Under the pieces are notes generated by a model. The model was not told where the DNA came from. It made no database searches and saw only the letters and a program-made list of their open reading frames with translations. A program made the translations under genes and the position numbers. A stretch of 64,000 nt of DNA from contig CAVYKI010000009.1 of NCBI GenBank assembly GCA_963769025.1, forward strand, positions 1,280,001 through 1,344,000, written 5' to 3'. Below, piece by piece: positions 32,083-43,900 of the stretch. The number at the start of each line of letters is the position of its first letter. Within the stretch, counting starts at the first letter, position 1. Source of the stretch: an uncultured Verrucomicrobiae bacterium (GTDB lineage Bacteria; Verrucomicrobiota; Verrucomicrobiia; Chthoniobacterales; Chthoniobacteraceae).

Positions 32083-33309
32083 ATGGCGGATTTTTTTCAG
32101 ACTGGCGCGATCGCCACGCTGCACCGACTCGGACCGCCGAACGTCGCGCGGTTGGAGGCGGAGCTGTGCGCGCTCGCCCCGGCCGCGCCCATCGCGCTCG
32201 TGCTGCCGTGCCACGTCCGCGAGTTTGGCACGCCGGCGCTGGAGCGGATTCTCGGTGAGTTGCAAGCCGTCGGCTACCTGCGGCAAATCGTCGTCGGGAT
32301 CGATGGCGCGGACACGGCGGCAAAATGGAACCGTGCTCGGAAAATCTTCAGCGTGCTGCCGCAAAAGCCGCTGTTGCTCTGGAACGACGGCCCGCGCTTT
32401 TCCCGCCTGCTGCGGACGCTGGCGCGCCACCGTCTCGGCGACGGCCCGCCAGGGAAAGGGCGCAACGTCTGGCTGTGCCTCGGCGCCGTCCTCGCCGACG
32501 GGAAGTCGCGCGTGATCGCGCTGCACGACTGCGACATCGTGAACTACTCGCGCGAATTGCTCACGCGGCTCTGCTACCCGCTCGCGAATCCGGCGCTCGG
32601 TTTCGCTTTCTGCAAAGGCTACTACGCGCGCGTCTCGGACCGGCTGCACGGGCGTGTCACGCGGCTGCTGGTCGCGCCGCTGCTCCGGGCGATGCAGAAC
32701 ATCATCGGGCCGCATCCTTTTCTTTCGTATCTCGAGGCTTTCCGCTACCCGCTCGCGGGCGAGGTGGCGCTGCACACGGATCACGCGCGCCGCCTGCGCG
32801 TCCCGCGCGACTGGGCGCTGGAGCTCGGCATCCTCGCCGAGACCTACCGCCATTGCGCGCCGCGTGCCGTGTGCCAGGCGGAGCTTTGCGACAACTACGA
32901 TCACAAGCACCAGAGCCTCTCGCCGCGCGATCCTTCCCGCGGTCTCCACAAGGTGGCGCGCGAGGTCACGCTCGCATTCTTCCGCAGCATGAGCGGCGAG
33001 GGCGTGAAAATGGACGCCAGCCTGCTCGACACGCTCCTCGCGGCTTACCAGCGTCATGCAGCCGGAGCCTTGCGCCTGTATTCCGCGGATGCGCTCATTA
33101 ACTCCCTCGAATACCCGCGCCGCGACGAGGAACTGGCGGTGGACACTTTTGTCCGCGCGATTCAGGAGGCGGCCCGCGCGTTCCTCCACGCACCAGCCGA
33201 TTGCCCCGCCGCGCCGAGTTGGGACCGCGTGGAGGAGGAATTGCCCGATTTCCTGCCCTCGTTGCGCGAAGCCATCGCCTCGGATAACGCTTCACGCCGG
33301 AAGCAATGA
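32083..33309 (+). CDS. Glycosyltransferase, glucosyl-3-phosphoglycerate synthase-like
   Basis: 'MADFFQ.G.IATLH', 'GKGRNVW', 'HDCDI', 'KGYYAR', 'YPLAGE', 'YDHKHQ'. Confidence 0.8.
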   Translation: MADFFQTGAIATLHRLGPPNVARLEAELCALAPAAPIALVLPCHVREFGTPALERILGELQAVGYLRQIVVGIDGADTAAKWNRARKIFSVLPQKPLLLWNDGPRFSRLLRTLARHRLGDGPPGKGRNVWLCLGAVLADGKSRVIALHDCDIVNYSRELLTRLCYPLANPALGFAFCKGYYARVSDRLHGRVTRLLVAPLLRAMQNIIGPHPFLSYLEAFRYPLAGEVALHTDHARRLRVPRDWALELGILAETYRHCAPRAVCQAELCDNYDHKHQSLSPRDPSRGLHKVAREVTLAFFRSMSGEGVKMDASLLDTLLAAYQRHAAGALRLYSADALINSLEYPRRDEELAVDTFVRAIQEAARAFLHAPADCPAAPSWDRVEEELPDFLPSLREAIASDNASRRKQ

Positions 33310-33397
33310 AACGGCCCGGGCCCAAGATTGCCCTTGACCATGCATGGCAGGCTCGCGATGTTCCGCGCCCTTTTCACCCGTAACCTTACCTAAATTT

Positions 33398-33664
33398 ATG
33401 AGCCGCGTTTGTGACATCAATGGAACCAAAGCCCTGAAGGGCCGCAAAATTCACCGTCGCGGTCTCGCGAAGAAGAAAGGCGGCATCGGCCAGCACGTCA
33501 CGCGACGTCGCGCCGCGTACTTTCTGCCGAACCTGAAGACCAAGCGCATCTGGGTGCCCGAGCTGAAGAAGTTCGTCACCGTGAAGCTCACCGCCCGCGC
33601 GCTGAAGACCGTGACGAAGAACGGCGCCTACGCCACCCTGAAAAAGGCTGGCATCGTCGCCTAG
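33398..33664 (+). CDS. rpmB: 50S ribosomal protein L28
   Basis: 'MSRVC.I.G', 'GLAKKKGGIG', 'PNL..KRIW', 'ALKT'. Confidence 0.93.
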   Translation: MSRVCDINGTKALKGRKIHRRGLAKKKGGIGQHVTRRRAAYFLPNLKTKRIWVPELKKFVTVKLTARALKTVTKNGAYATLKKAGIVA

Positions 33665-33712
33665 CCGCCCGGTAGCTTCTTCCAAACCCTCCACCCAACC
33701 CAAAATCACCCT

Positions 33713-33917
33713 ATGGCATTCACCGTCGTCAGCAAAAAATCCGGCAAGACCTACCACCTCCACGCCCGCCAGCAGAAGCTGAAGGGTGGCCAGGAAGTGA
33801 CCCTCTATTACTTCGGCGGCGAAGCCAAGGAAGGCGCGATCGACGCCCTCCCCGCCGGCATGGAAGTGATCGGAGAACGAGCGCACCGGCCTCCCGATGC
33901 TCCGCAAGAACAAGTAA
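33713..33917 (+). CDS. Small basic hypothetical protein (67 aa after removing one extra G near 33872)
   Basis: Strong codon bias; the corrected end ...EVIENERTGLPMLRKNK* stops just before a terminator. Confidence 0.75.
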
Positions 33918-33940
33918 GCCCAGCACGGTCATCCGCTTTT

Positions 33941-33987
33941 GAAACCTGGCGGCTGGGAGCTTGTCTCCGAGCCGCCAGTTTCATTTT
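33941..33987 (+). terminator. Probable intrinsic terminator after rpmB and the small gene
   Basis: Imperfect stem gaaacctggcggctgggag/ctccgagccgccagtttc followed by atttt. Confidence 0.6.
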
Positions 33988-34002
33988 CAACCCACACATT
34001 CC

Positions 34003-34962
34003 ATGAGCCAGAAACGCATCCCCGTCACCATCCTCACCGGCTTCCTCGGCGCCGGGAAGACCACGCTGCTCAACTACATCCTCAAGCAGCAGCACGGCTA
34101 CAAATTCGCCGTCATCGTCAATGAAATCGGCAAGATCGGCATCGACGGCGCGCTCGTCGAAAAGACCGAGCGACGACATCCTCGAACTGAACAACGGCTG
34201 CCTCTGCTGCACGGTGCGCAAGGATCTCGTCAAGGGCGTGCAGAAGCTGCTCAAGACGCGGCGGCTTCGACTACCTGCTCATCGAGACCACCGGCATCGC
34301 CGATCCGCGGCCCGGTCGCGCAGACCTTCCTGAACATCCCGCAGCTCCAGCAGTACGTGCGGCTCGATTCGATCATCACCGTCGTGGATGCCGAGCAGAT
34401 CGAGAAGCAGATGAAGGAGACCGAGACCGCGCGCGAGCAGATCGCGATGGCCGACTTCCTCCTGCTGAACAAGACCGACCTCGTGGACGAGGCGCAGCTC
34501 GCGAAAATCGAGGCGATCGTGCGCGAACTGAACCCGCACGCCGCGATCTTCCGCACCAACCAGTCGCAGGCGAACCTCAAGGAGCTGCTCGACATGAACG
34601 CCTTCGACCTCGACCAGAAGCTCGAGCGTCGATCCCGAGTTCCTCGACGAGACTGCAGAACCGGCATCACCACGACATCAACAGCTTCTCGTTCACGTTC
34701 GACAAGCCGTTCATCATCGAGAAGCTCGAGTTCTTCGTCCAGGAGCTCTCCGAGAAGGAGCAAAGTCTATCGCAGCAAAGGCTTCCTCAGCATCGCCGGC
34801 AATCCGCGCCGCGCCATCTTCCACGGCGTGAACAATCGCTTCACGCTCCTCTGGGATCGCCTCTGGGAAAAGGACGAGAAGCGCAGCAGCCAGCTCGTCT
34901 TCATCGGCAAAAATCTCGACGAGGCAAAAATCCGCAAGTCGCTCGAAGGCTGCATCGCCTGA
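34003..34962 (+). CDS. COG0523/CobW-family metallochaperone GTPase; multiple indels
   Basis: '[10 protein letters not shown]', 'VNEIG', 'NGCLCC', 'ETTG.ADP', 'LNKTDL', 'RSKG', 'LVFIG'. Confidence 0.9.
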   Translation: MSQKRIPVTILTGFLGAGKTTLLNYILKQQHGYKFAVIVNEIGKIGIDGALVEKTERRHPRTEQRLPLLHGAQGSRQGRAEAAQDAAASTTCSSRPPASPIRGPVAQTFLNIPQLQQYVRLDSIITVVDAEQIEKQMKETETAREQIAMADFLLLNKTDLVDEAQLAKIEAIVRELNPHAAIFRTNQSQANLKELLDMNAFDLDQKLERRSRVPRRDCRTGITTTSTASRSRSTSRSSSRSSSSSSRSSPRRSKVYRSKGFLSIAGNPRRAIFHGVNNRFTLLWDRLWEKDEKRSSQLVFIGKNLDEAKIRKSLEGCIA

Positions 34963-35001
34963 GCATCGAGCGCGGGCGCGAGGGAATCGCAGCGCCTTCC
35001 G

Positions 35002-36487
35002 CTACGCGTACAGACTCTCGATCGGCTGACCTTTCCCGTCCTGCGTCGTGTAAAATGGGCGCTCCTCGACGAGGTACGAGAGCTTCGGCGAGATGCCCAT
35101 CGCCTTGTAGATCGTCGCGTGCAGATCGGTGATGCTCACGGGATCCTTGACCGTCGTGCACGGACGCTCGTCGGCGGTCTCGCCGTGGACGTGGCCGCGC
35201 TTCATGCCCCCGCCCCACAGCAGCACGAGCCCGCTTCGGTGAAGTGGCGGTGCATGCCGTAGAACTTGAGATCCTCGATCTTGTCCGGCACGCGCGCCTG
35301 CTCGCGCTGCTGGCTCTTCTCCTTCCCCTCGATGAGCATGTCGCGGGAAAACTCGCTCGCGAGCACGATGAGCGTGCGGTCCAGAAGCCCGCGCTCCTCG
35401 AGATCGAGGATCAGCTGCGCGATGGGCGCATCGATCATCTTCTTCATGTTCACGAGCCGCGTGTGGCCGTTCTCATGCGTGTCCCAGTTTAGGAACGGGA
35501 TGTACTCCGTCGTCACCTCGATGTATCGCGCGCCCGCCTCGGCGAGCCTCCGCGCAAGCAGGCAACCGAGACCGAACCGCCCAATCGTGCCCGCCTCGTA
35601 ATCGCCGTCGCGGTTCTGCTTCGCGGAATTGATCTTCGTCGCGTCGAAGCCTGCGGGCACGTATTTCGCCACGTTCGACGGCGGCTCGAGCGACAGGTCG
35701 AATGCCTTCGCCGACGGCGACGCGAGGAGACGGTGCGCATTGTCCATCGCACGCACGAAGCTCTCGCGCTGGAAAGTGCTGCCGTGCTGGCCGACGGGAC
35801 TCGCCTCGAGCAGCCGCTTGTAAAACTTGTTCCGATCCTCGAAGCGCCCCGGCGTCATCCCCGCGGGCGGCCGCACCGCGGTCGGCGGCGTCCTGCGGGA
35901 AGGGAATGTTGAACGGCCCGAATTCGCTCCCGAGAAATCCCGCGGTCGTGAATGCCTTCAGCTCCTCGCCTTCGCCGAGGTCGAACCGCTGGCCGATGTT
36001 GATGAACGCCGGCATCGCCGGATCGCGCGGCCCGAGCGCCTTCGCCGATGAACGCGCCGAGGTGCGGCGCCGCCACGCTCTGCGGCGGCACGTAGCCCGT
36101 GTGCCAGTGGTACTGGTGCCGCGAGTGCAGGATGAAGCCGAGGTCCGCCGCCTGCGCCGTGCGGATGAGCGTGCCGCGGTCCATCACCGCCGCCATTTTT
36201 TCCAGCCCTGCGGAAAAGCGCACGCCATCCACCGCCGTCGGGATGCTCGGGAAAGTCGAGAGCACCGCCTTCGATTCCACGCCCTTCTCAAATGCCGTGT
36301 ATCGCTTCGGATCGAACGTCTCCGTGTGCGCCATGCCGCCGGCCATCCACAGGACGATGATGCAGTCCGCGCGCGGCGCGATCTTTTCCAGCTCCTCAGC
36401 GGAAAGTCGCGGCTCGCGTGCGGCCAGCGCGCCGAGCGTGGCGGCGGATGCGGTCTTCAGGAAATCGCGGCGGTTCAGCGGGGACAT
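35002..36487 (-). CDS. DUF1501 protein (Tat signal); frameshifts
   Basis: 'NRRDFLK', 'WMAGGM.HTETFDPK', 'WDTH', 'SEFSR', 'DLHATI'. Confidence 0.88.
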
Positions 36488-36489
36488 GG

Positions 36490-39248
36490 TCAGTTGATGA
36501 GTTGAAATTCAGGGAGGTTCACGATGGCCCAGAGGAAATCGGCGACCACCTCGGCCTTCGGCTCAGCGCCGAAAAGCTCCGCGGCGATTTGCCTTTCCTC
36601 TGCGGCAGGCGGGCGGCTGAGCAACGTGCGGTACGCGTGGTCAACCCACGCCGCAGGATCCTTCGCGGCATCGGGCAGAAGTTTCGCCGCCGCCTTTTTC
36701 AACCGCGCGTCGAGCGTCGAGCCGTTGGTGAGTTCCAGCGCCTGGATCGTCGTCGCCGCCGTGAGGCGCTCGGGCGTGACGATCTCGCGGTTCGGGCGGT
36801 CGAGCGCCGCCTGCAACGGATCGGACGCGAGCAGCGGCGCGCGGATTCTCCCCGCATGCGCCGCGGTGCTCACGGCGGGCCGCAGGATCGGGCCAAAATC
36901 GATCGCGATGTTTGCGTAGTCCTTCCGCTTGATCGGCTCCAGCGAGGGCCCTTCATCCACCGGCGGCACGCCGAAGGGCAACTGCACCGCGGCCGGCCAG
37001 CCTTTGTCGTCGAGCTTCGGGTCGGACCACGTGCCATCCGGCGAGCGGAAGACGCGCCACTGGCTGTCCGTGCCGAGTTGCACCGGCGCGTGCTTTCCAT
37101 CGAGCGTGATGCGCGTGTGAAAGGCCATGCCCGGCCTGCGATTGAGGTGGTTGATGGACTGCGGGTAGATCGCCCGCTCCGTCGTGTTCATGCCCTTGTC
37201 CGTGTGGCTCATGACGCTGATGGAGATCACGTTGTCGCCCGGCTTCAGCATCGGCCCGATGTTGTAAATCTTCACGCGGCCATTGCGGAATCCGTCGTTC
37301 AGCACCGCCTTCGCCGTGCCGCCGTTCACGGAAAGATCGAACGCCTGGCTCGCGGCGAGCATCGCGTAGGCCTCGGTCGCGGGCTGCGCGAGTTTGAAGT
37401 GCCTTCGGAAAACCACGCGATGCTTGTCCGCATCCGGCCGCACCTTCACCTCGCCGGGACCGCCGACCGCCTTTGCCGTTGCAGCGGCGGCCAGTTGCTC
37501 CTGCGCGCTCTTCATTTTCTCCGCGGCCTTTGCGATTGACGCATTTGCGGCGGCAATCTGCTCCGGCCCGCCCGCGATCGCAGCCAACGCCTGCTTGTTC
37601 GCCGCATCGAGATCGCTGGCAGCCCACGCGATCCATCCTCGGGCCTTGTGCAGCGCCTCGCGCCGCGCGCCGAGATCGAGCGGTTCGTCCGTCCAGATCC
37701 AGCGCGGCATCGTCAGGCCGCCCGGCGAGATCGTCCGCGCCGAAATCAAACTCCAGCGAAGAGGGCAGCCGCGCCCAGTCGCCGGTGAGCGACGTCACCG
37801 CGTCGCTGAACTGCTCCGCCGTCATGCGCCGCGTGAGCGGGCCGCGGAAAACGAACGCAGCCTTTTCATCCTTCGGCCCCTCGACCGCCGGCATCGCGTA
37901 AGCCTGCGACGTGAGGATCACTTCGATCGTGTGTTTCAAATCCCAGCCATGCTCCACGAGATCCTCCGCGAGCCAGTCGAGCAGGTTGCTGTTCCATGCC
38001 GGCTTCTCCATGTCATCCAGCGGCTCGACGAGCCCGCGCCCGAGGAGTTTCGCCCACAGGCGGTTCACGATCGTGCGCGAGAGCCGCCCATTCTTCGGAT
38101 CGAGCATCAGGTCCGAGAGGCGCTTCATCCGCCCGCTGCGGTCGAGTGCGGCGTCGATGCTTCCGACTTCCGGGTAAAGGAATCGCACCTTCGCCATCTT
38201 TCCTTGCGGCTTGTCGCAGCGGACGAGTTCGAGCGCCTCGTCGGCATAGACCGCGGCCATCCCGAAGCCGTCGGAGAGCGCCCAGTCGTTCACGAAGCTG
38301 TCGTGGCACGACGCGCACTTGAGATTCACGCCGAGGAACACCTGCGACACGCTCTGCGCCGCCTGCATCGGACGCCGCATCGCGGCGTTCACGGTGCCGC
38401 GCCAGAGGATGCCGCTCGTGAAGCCTTCGCTCGCGTAATCCGGATTCACCAACTCTGCGACAAAGCGGTCATACGGCTTGTTCTCCCTGAGCGCCGAATG
38501 CAGCCAGCCGGTGATTTGCTTGCGCCCGCCGTCGATGAAGCCCGTGCCCTTGTAGTCATTTCGCAGCAGGTCGTTCCAAAAAGTGAGCCAGTGATCCGCA
38601 TAGCCGCGCTTGTCTCCCAGCAGCGAACGCACGAGCGCCGCGCGCTTGTCCGCGGCCGAGTCCTTTTCAAATGCCGCGAGCTGTTCCGCTGTCGGCAGCA
38701 GGCCGATCGTGTCGAGATACACGCGGCGCGCGAACACCGCATCCGCCACCGGCGGCACGGGCTTCACGCCACTTTCCGCGAGATACGCGGCCAGCAAACG
38801 GTCCACCGGATTTCCATCTCCGGCCGGCAGCTCCACTTTGCGCGGCGCGAGATTCCGCGGCGCGGGCTTTGCGAAACGTAAATCCATCCGGCCACATCGC
38901 GCCCTGGTCGATCCACTTGCGCAACAACCCGACCTGCTCGGCAGTCCATCGCTTGCCCTTCTGCGGCATCACATTGTCCGGGTCCAGGCCGGCGACCAGC
39001 CCGACCGCGAGACTCTTCGCACTGTTCCCAAGTTCGATCGCCGGCCCCGTGTCGCCGCCCTTCAGAAACGACTCGCGCGTCTCCAGCGAAAACCCGCCGC
39101 TGTCCTTGCCCTTCGCGTGGCACTTCACGCACGCCGCCTCGAAAAGCGGCTGGATGTCCTTCGCAAAATCCACCGGGTGATTCGCAGGAGGCGGCAGTTC
39201 CGCGGCGATCGCGAAAGCTGGAAAAAGGAGGATTGCGAGGGGTTTCAT
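36490..39248 (-). CDS. Planctomycete-type cytochrome c + DUF1549 + DUF1553 protein with an inserted domain; two frameshifts
   Basis: CVKCH, 'WIDQGA', 'RRVYLD.IG', CASCH, 'VNRLW', 'RRMTAEQ', 'QALEL.N'. Confidence 0.88.
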
Positions 39249-39452
39249 TCGTTCTGGATAATTTCATCCATCTAAGACCGTTAGCAAGCCGCGCGCTACA
39301 ACACCGGAGAATTGCGCCCCTTCGCCGAGGCACGCTCGATCAGTCGATGGAGCAACCAGCATCTGCGATATTTCCCGGCAATCGACGCTCTCGACCAACC
39401 CGTACCTCCGAGATACTCGACGGCCCTCGCCTTTCCCGTAAATCTCCGCGCA

Positions 39453-40841
39453 ATGCGCTTCCTCCTCGCTCTCCTGCTCATCGTCCTCGCGTCGTTCACC
39501 TCCGCCGCGGACAAGCCGAACTTCATCATCATTTTCGCCGACGACCTCGGGTATGGCGACCTCGGGTGCTACGGGCATCCGAGCATCCGCACGCCGAACC
39601 TGGACCGCATGGCGGCGGAGGGCGTGCGCTTCACGGATTTCTACTCGGCGGCGGAGGTCTGCACGCCGAGCCGCACGGCGCTGCTCACGGGGCGCTATCC
39701 GGTGCGGAGCGGGATGGCGCATGGACAGTTCCGCGTGCTCAGGACGCAGTCCATGGGGCATTTGCCGGATGATGAAATCACCATCGCGGAGCTGCTGAAG
39801 AAGCAGGGCTACGCGACGGCCGCGGTGGGAAAATGGCATCTCGGCAACTGGATGAACAACCCGGCGGGGCACCCGATGAAGCACGGCTTCGACTACTACT
39901 ACGGCCTCCCGCACTCGAATGACATGAACCGTGTGCCCGGCGGGCCGAAGGGCGGGGACAACAGCGAAGACCCGGATCCGAAGTCATGGGAGGCGCCGCT
40001 CTTCGAGGGCGAGAAGCTCATCGAGCAGCCGGCTGACCAGACCACCCTCACGCGCCGTTACACGGAGCAGGCGGTGAAGTTCATCCGCGAGAAGAAATCG
40101 CAGCCGTTCTTCCTCTATGTCCCGCACACTTTTCCGCACACGCCGATCTTCGCGTCGGAGAATTTCCACGGAAAAAGTCCGCGCGGGCGCTACGGCGATG
40201 TCGTCGAGGAACTCGACTGGAGCGTGGGCCAGATCCTCGACACGCTGCGCAGCGAGGGGCTGGACAAGAATACGTTCGTCTTCTTCACGAGCGACAACGG
40301 CCCGTGGCTCATCCGCGGCCTCGCTGGCGGCACCGCCGGTCTGCTGCGCGACGGAAAGGGCAGCACTTGGGAAGGGGGAATGCGCGTGCCGGGCATCGCA
40401 TGGTGGCCGGCCAAAATCCCCGCTGGGAAAGTGTGCCGCGAGATGGCGACGACGATGGATCTCATGCCGACCATCGCAATGTTTGCCGGCGCGGAGGCAC
40501 CGAAGGATCGCGACATCGACGGAGTGGACATCGCGCCGCTGCTCACGAGCACCGGCACGGTGAAACGCGAGGTCTTCTGCTACTACCGCGGCACGGAGCT
40601 GTTCGCCGCGCGTCTCGGAAAATGGAAGGCGCACTTCATCACGCAGCCCGCTTACGGATCGCCGAAGCCCGAGCCGCACCACCCGCCGCTGCTCTTCAAT
40701 CTCGAAGCCGACCCCGGCGAGTCCTTCAACGTCGCTGCCGATCATGCGGACGTGATCGAGAAAATCAAAGTTGCCGTCGAGAACCATAGGACCACGGTGA
40801 AGCCGGTGAAGAACCAGCTGCTGGAGACCGTGTCGAAGTAG
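39453..40841 (+). CDS. Secreted formylglycine-dependent sulfatase
   Basis: 'ADDLGYGD', CTPSR, 'GKWHLG', 'SDNG'. Confidence 0.93.
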   Translation: MRFLLALLLIVLASFTSAADKPNFIIIFADDLGYGDLGCYGHPSIRTPNLDRMAAEGVRFTDFYSAAEVCTPSRTALLTGRYPVRSGMAHGQFRVLRTQSMGHLPDDEITIAELLKKQGYATAAVGKWHLGNWMNNPAGHPMKHGFDYYYGLPHSNDMNRVPGGPKGGDNSEDPDPKSWEAPLFEGEKLIEQPADQTTLTRRYTEQAVKFIREKKSQPFFLYVPHTFPHTPIFASENFHGKSPRGRYGDVVEELDWSVGQILDTLRSEGLDKNTFVFFTSDNGPWLIRGLAGGTAGLLRDGKGSTWEGGMRVPGIAWWPAKIPAGKVCREMATTMDLMPTIAMFAGAEAPKDRDIDGVDIAPLLTSTGTVKREVFCYYRGTELFAARLGKWKAHFITQPAYGSPKPEPHHPPLLFNLEADPGESFNVAADHADVIEKIKVAVENHRTTVKPVKNQLLETVSK

Positions 40842-40845
40842 CGCC

Positions 40846-40865
40846 GTAGTCACCGATCTCGGTGA
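40846..40865 (+). repeat. GTAG-footed short hairpin (REP-like)
   Basis: gtag-tcaccg-atct-cggtga; a second palindrome gcccagcggg-g-cccgctgggc follows. Confidence 0.4.
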
Positions 40866-40967
40866 TTCCGGCCCAGCGGGGCCCGCTGGGCACTGGCACT
40901 GGCACGGGGAAAATTTCGCCTGCTTTCCGCATCCGCCTATGCTGGTGATGCCCTGCACACTCCCGCC

Positions 40968-43900
40968 ATGCGACCCCTGATTGCCCTCCTGCTCACGACC
41001 GCCCTCGCCTATTCCGCCGACGAAGTGGACACGCCGAAGGCGCCGAAGAAGAACGACGATCGCACGCCGAAAGGCAACGCAGCGACGCAATCGCCGGAGA
41101 ATGCGATGAAGTCCTTTGCCGTCGCGCCGGGGCTGAAAGTCGAGGTGTGGGCCGCCGAGCCGCTGCTCGAAAATGCCGTGGCATTTTCATTCGACGACAA
41201 GGGCCGCGCATTCGTCGCGGTGACGAATCGCCGCCGCACTTCCGTGCCGGACATCCGGAAATTTGAGGCGTGGCAGACCGAGAATCTCTCGCTGCGTACG
41301 GTCGAGGAACGCATCGCCTTCATGAAGGCGAAGATGCCCGAGTCGCCGGTGAAAAAACCGAAGAAGCCCGAGGAGGATATCAACAAAGACGGGCAGCTCG
41401 ACTGGCGCGACTGGGCGGTGGAGTCGGAGGAGATTCGCATCGTCGAGGCCAGCACGGGCGCGGGCGGCGCGGACAAGTCGCGCGTGCTCGCGAGCGGCTT
41501 CAACAATCTCGAAACCGGCCTCGGCGCGGGCGTGCTCGCGATGCCGGATGCCGGCGCGGTTTTCACCTGCGCTCCCGACCTCTGGCGCATCGCGCCCGAT
41601 GGCACGAAGACGAAGCTCGCGACGGGCTTTGGCGTCCATGTCGCGTACGGCGGGCACGACATGCACGGCGTGAAGATGGGGCCGGACGGCCGGATCTATT
41701 TCACCATCGCCGACTGCGGCGCGCACGTTGTGTCCAAGGAAGGAAAAGTGATCGAGCATGCCCGACGCGGCGCGGTCTTCCGCTGCTGGCCGGATGGCGC
41801 CGGGCTCGAACTTTACGCCTGGGGCCTGCGCAATCCGCAATCGCTCGCCTTCAACGACGTGGGCGACCTTTTCACCGGCGACAACAACGCGGACGGCGGC
41901 GACAAGGCGCGGTGGACTCACGTCGTCGAGGGCGCGGACTACGGCTGGCGCATCGGCTGGCAGTTCCTGCCAAAGCTCGGCGCATGGAACAGCGAGGGCA
42001 TGTGGCACCTCGACGTGGCGGAGACGAACGCCGCCATCCTGCCGCCCGTCGCGCACATCACGCACGGCCCCGCGGGCATCGCGTTTTATCCCGGCACCGG
42101 GCTGCCGGAAAAATATCGCGACCACTTTTTCGTCGCCGATTTCCCGGGCGGCGTGCGGCACTTCGCGCTGAAGCAAAAGGGCGCGAGCTACGAGGTGGAC
42201 GGCATGGCCGGCGACGATCCGATTTTGCAAAACAACTCGCCCGGCGAGATGCGCGGCAAGCTGCTGTGGAACCTGTATCCGAGCGACGTGCAGTTCCCGC
42301 CCGGCGGCGGCGTGTGCGTGCTCGACTGGGTGTATGGCTGGGAAAAAACCGGCAAGGGCCGCATCTACCGCGTGCACGATCCGGTCGTCGATGCGAGCGC
42401 GGCAGTGCAGGAGACAAAGAGGCTGCTCGCCGAGGGGATGGAGAAGCGCACGCCGGAGGAACTCGCGAAGCTGCTCGGGCATGCGGACCAGCGCGTGCGC
42501 GTGACGGCGCAGTTTGCGCTCGTGGAGAAGGGCGAAGCGACCGCACTCGCGCAGGCAACACTCGCGGCGAACCCAAAGCTGATGCGCCTGCACGGCATCT
42601 GGGGTCTCGCGCAACTCGCGCACACGAAGCCCGAAGTCGCGAAGACGCTCATGCCGCTCGCGATGGATCCCGATGCCGAGGTGCGCGCGCAGTGGGCGAA
42701 ATTCGTCGGTGAGACGCATTTGAAGGAGGAGACCGATTTGCTCATCCGCCTGCTCGGCGACAAGGAGCCGCGCGTGCGGTTCTTCGCCGCGCAGGCCATC
42801 GGTGGAATGAAGGTCCGGGCTGCCATCCCGGCGCTGTTTTCCGCGCTGAAGGAGAATGCGGACCGCGATCCCACCGTCCGTCATGCGCTGGTCTCGGCCT
42901 TGGCCTCCTGCGCGGACTTCGCGCAAATGGCGCCATTTCAATCGGACCCTTCGGAGTCTGTCCGCCTCGGGGCGCTCCTCGCGCTCCGCGGGACACGATG
43001 CATGGATGCGGCCAGATTCCTCAATGACAAGAGTCCGCGCCTCCGTCTCGAAGCAGCGCGGGCGATTCACGACACACCGATCTCCGGTGCGCTGCCGGCG
43101 TTGGCGGCATTGGATTTGGACAAAGTGAGCACTGCGCCCACTCAAAGGGAACCGGCGAAGACCACCGACACTTCGAAGCAGAAGGACGCCAAGGCTCCCA
43201 AAAAATCGAACGATGCGGCGCTTCACAAGTCTGAAGGGCCGATCACGCGCCGCGTCATCAATGCCAACTACCGCCTCGGCACCGCCGAGACTGCAAGGCG
43301 TCTCGCGACGATCTCCGCGAACAGCGCCATCGCAGAATCCGTGCGCCTCGATGCGCTCGAAGCACTCGCGCAGTGGCCGGTGAATCTCGGACGCGACCGC
43401 GTGCTCGGCATCGTCGTCCCGGGTGATGGGCAGCGGAATGCCGCGGAGGCTGCGGCGGCGCTCGCACCGCTCGTCGTCACGCTGCTCGGCGAGAACAACG
43501 ACGCGATCCGCATTGCCACGCTGAACGCGGCGGGCGGGAACAAGCTCACGGCGGCGGCTGACACGATCACGATGCTCGCGACGAACTCGAATGCCTCGGG
43601 TGCCGTCCGCGCCGCCACGCTCGATGCGCTTGCGGCGATGGAGTCACCAAAACTCGGACCGCTCGTCACGGCGATGCTCGAATCCACCGACAAGACGCTC
43701 GCGGAGGGCGCCAGAAGGCTCGCGGGGAAAGTTTCCCCGGCGGCGGCGGTGAAGGCCAACGCAGCGGTTCTCGGCAAGGGCGGCATTCGCGAACAACAGC
43801 AGGCGCTCGCGACCATCGCGGCGGAGACGGTCGCGGCGGCGGATGCCGTCATCGCGCAGCAACTCGATCTTCTGCTCGCGGGAAAAGTGAAGCAGGGACT

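Noticed and set aside
39249..39452. Possible ncRNA or small ORF in this divergent intergenic region (also 29799-30006)
   Set aside because: I could not identify a convincing stem structure, known motif or coding signal.
43110..43240. Lower-GC Lys/Thr-rich insert in the heme-HEAT protein as a second in-frame REP
   Set aside because: No palindrome or GTAG-like foot; it looks like an ordinary disordered linker.
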